Shown: piece after piece, positions 63,223 to 64,000 of the stretch
How positions within the stretch are numbered: the stretch's first letter is position 1
How the letters are laid out: each line of letters begins with the position of its first letter
Position numbers and translations under genes: made by a program
The notes under the pieces: model-generated
Database searches by the model: none
Told to the model about the DNA's origin: nothing
The model's input: only the letters and a program-made list of their open reading frames with translations
Assembly (NCBI GenBank): GCA_030390025.1
Contig: CM059433.1
Span: 21,392,001 to 21,456,000, forward strand
Source of the DNA: Squalus acanthias
Lineage: Eukaryota
Direction: 5' to 3'
DNA length: 64,000 bases

Positions 63223-63990
63223 GGACCGGATTTTGCTGTAGGAAAAACCAGTGAGGCTATCAGTGCTCATGTTATTAAAGAGTAAATCGGACAGCAATTT
63301 CCGGCGACCGCACATGCACAGTTAAAAGTTGAAATCAGGAAGTTGCTGTCCGAGTTGCCCTGCTCTTCCAGAAACTGCGTATGTCGCCGAGAGACTCAGC
63401 ATTTAAATACATGGAAGGGTGTGAAGTTGCTGTACTTACCTGATATTTACACACTAAACTCGCCAGAAAAAGTTAGGGCTTGTCCATTCCAGTGTAAGTA
63501 AATTTTAATGCCATGCTAAGTCTTAATTACTGCCAAACAACCTCTCTGGCCCTGAAAATTAACTTTTACAAGTGTGGCGACTCATTCCTTCAGATTTCAA
63601 TTATTGTTGGAAATGTAAAAAAAAATTAAAGAAATCTTTTTAATCTTTTTCTTTCTATCTCTTTTATCTCTCTCTTAATCCCATCTTTCTTTCCCTCTTT
63701 ATTTTGCTTTCTGTACCTGACTTGACATTAAATTAAATATTCCAACTCGCACTTCCTGGTTCAGACTCTGTGCTGCTCATTAATGATTCTTCAATCTGAT
63801 TGGTTAAGGAGATGCACAGTTACTTGCCCTGTTCACACAGGTCCCAGATCCCCTATAGAGGGCGCCACACTGTTTTGGCTCTCTAATTTACAGTAAGTTC
63901 CAGTGAAAAATTACCAAGAAAGTCTGGGCAAGTGCAAGTGTAATGAATGACTGGTGCTGTTCATTCGCCACTGACCACAAAATCCGGCCC
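63223..63990 (+). mobile_element. Harbinger-type MITE family B, diverged
   Basis: Ends GGACCGGATTTTG and CAAAATCCGGCCC; body homologous to 29464-30221. Confidence 0.8.
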
Positions 63991-64000
63991 TATAACTTTA

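Overview
Eukaryotic genomic DNA from a cartilaginous fish, most likely a shark, inferred from HE1-type V-SINEs, SacSINE1-type Deu-SINEs and shark-type CR1 LINEs. The only host coding sequence I recognise is a 104-bp + strand exon (59848-59951, ag|...|gt) encoding [34 protein letters not shown](A), part of a CUB domain of a CSMD gene and best matching CSMD1. The rest appears to be very large intron dominated by transposable elements. These include about 16 CR1 fragments (one near full length, one with an open 369-codon RT frame), a second CR1/L2-group LINE family, tRNA-derived SINEs, two Penelope-type terminal fragments with minimal hammerhead ribozyme motifs, and a Tigger-like palindromic MITE. 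There is also an extensive PIF/Harbinger population: one transposase pseudogene with a convergent partner-gene remnant, seven non-autonomous derivatives (most retaining pieces of both genes) and several MITE families with 3-bp TSDs, often nested. Nearly all ORFs in the supplied track are TE-derived or spurious. Family names are from recalled consensus motifs, not database searches, and repeat boundaries without TSD support are approximate.
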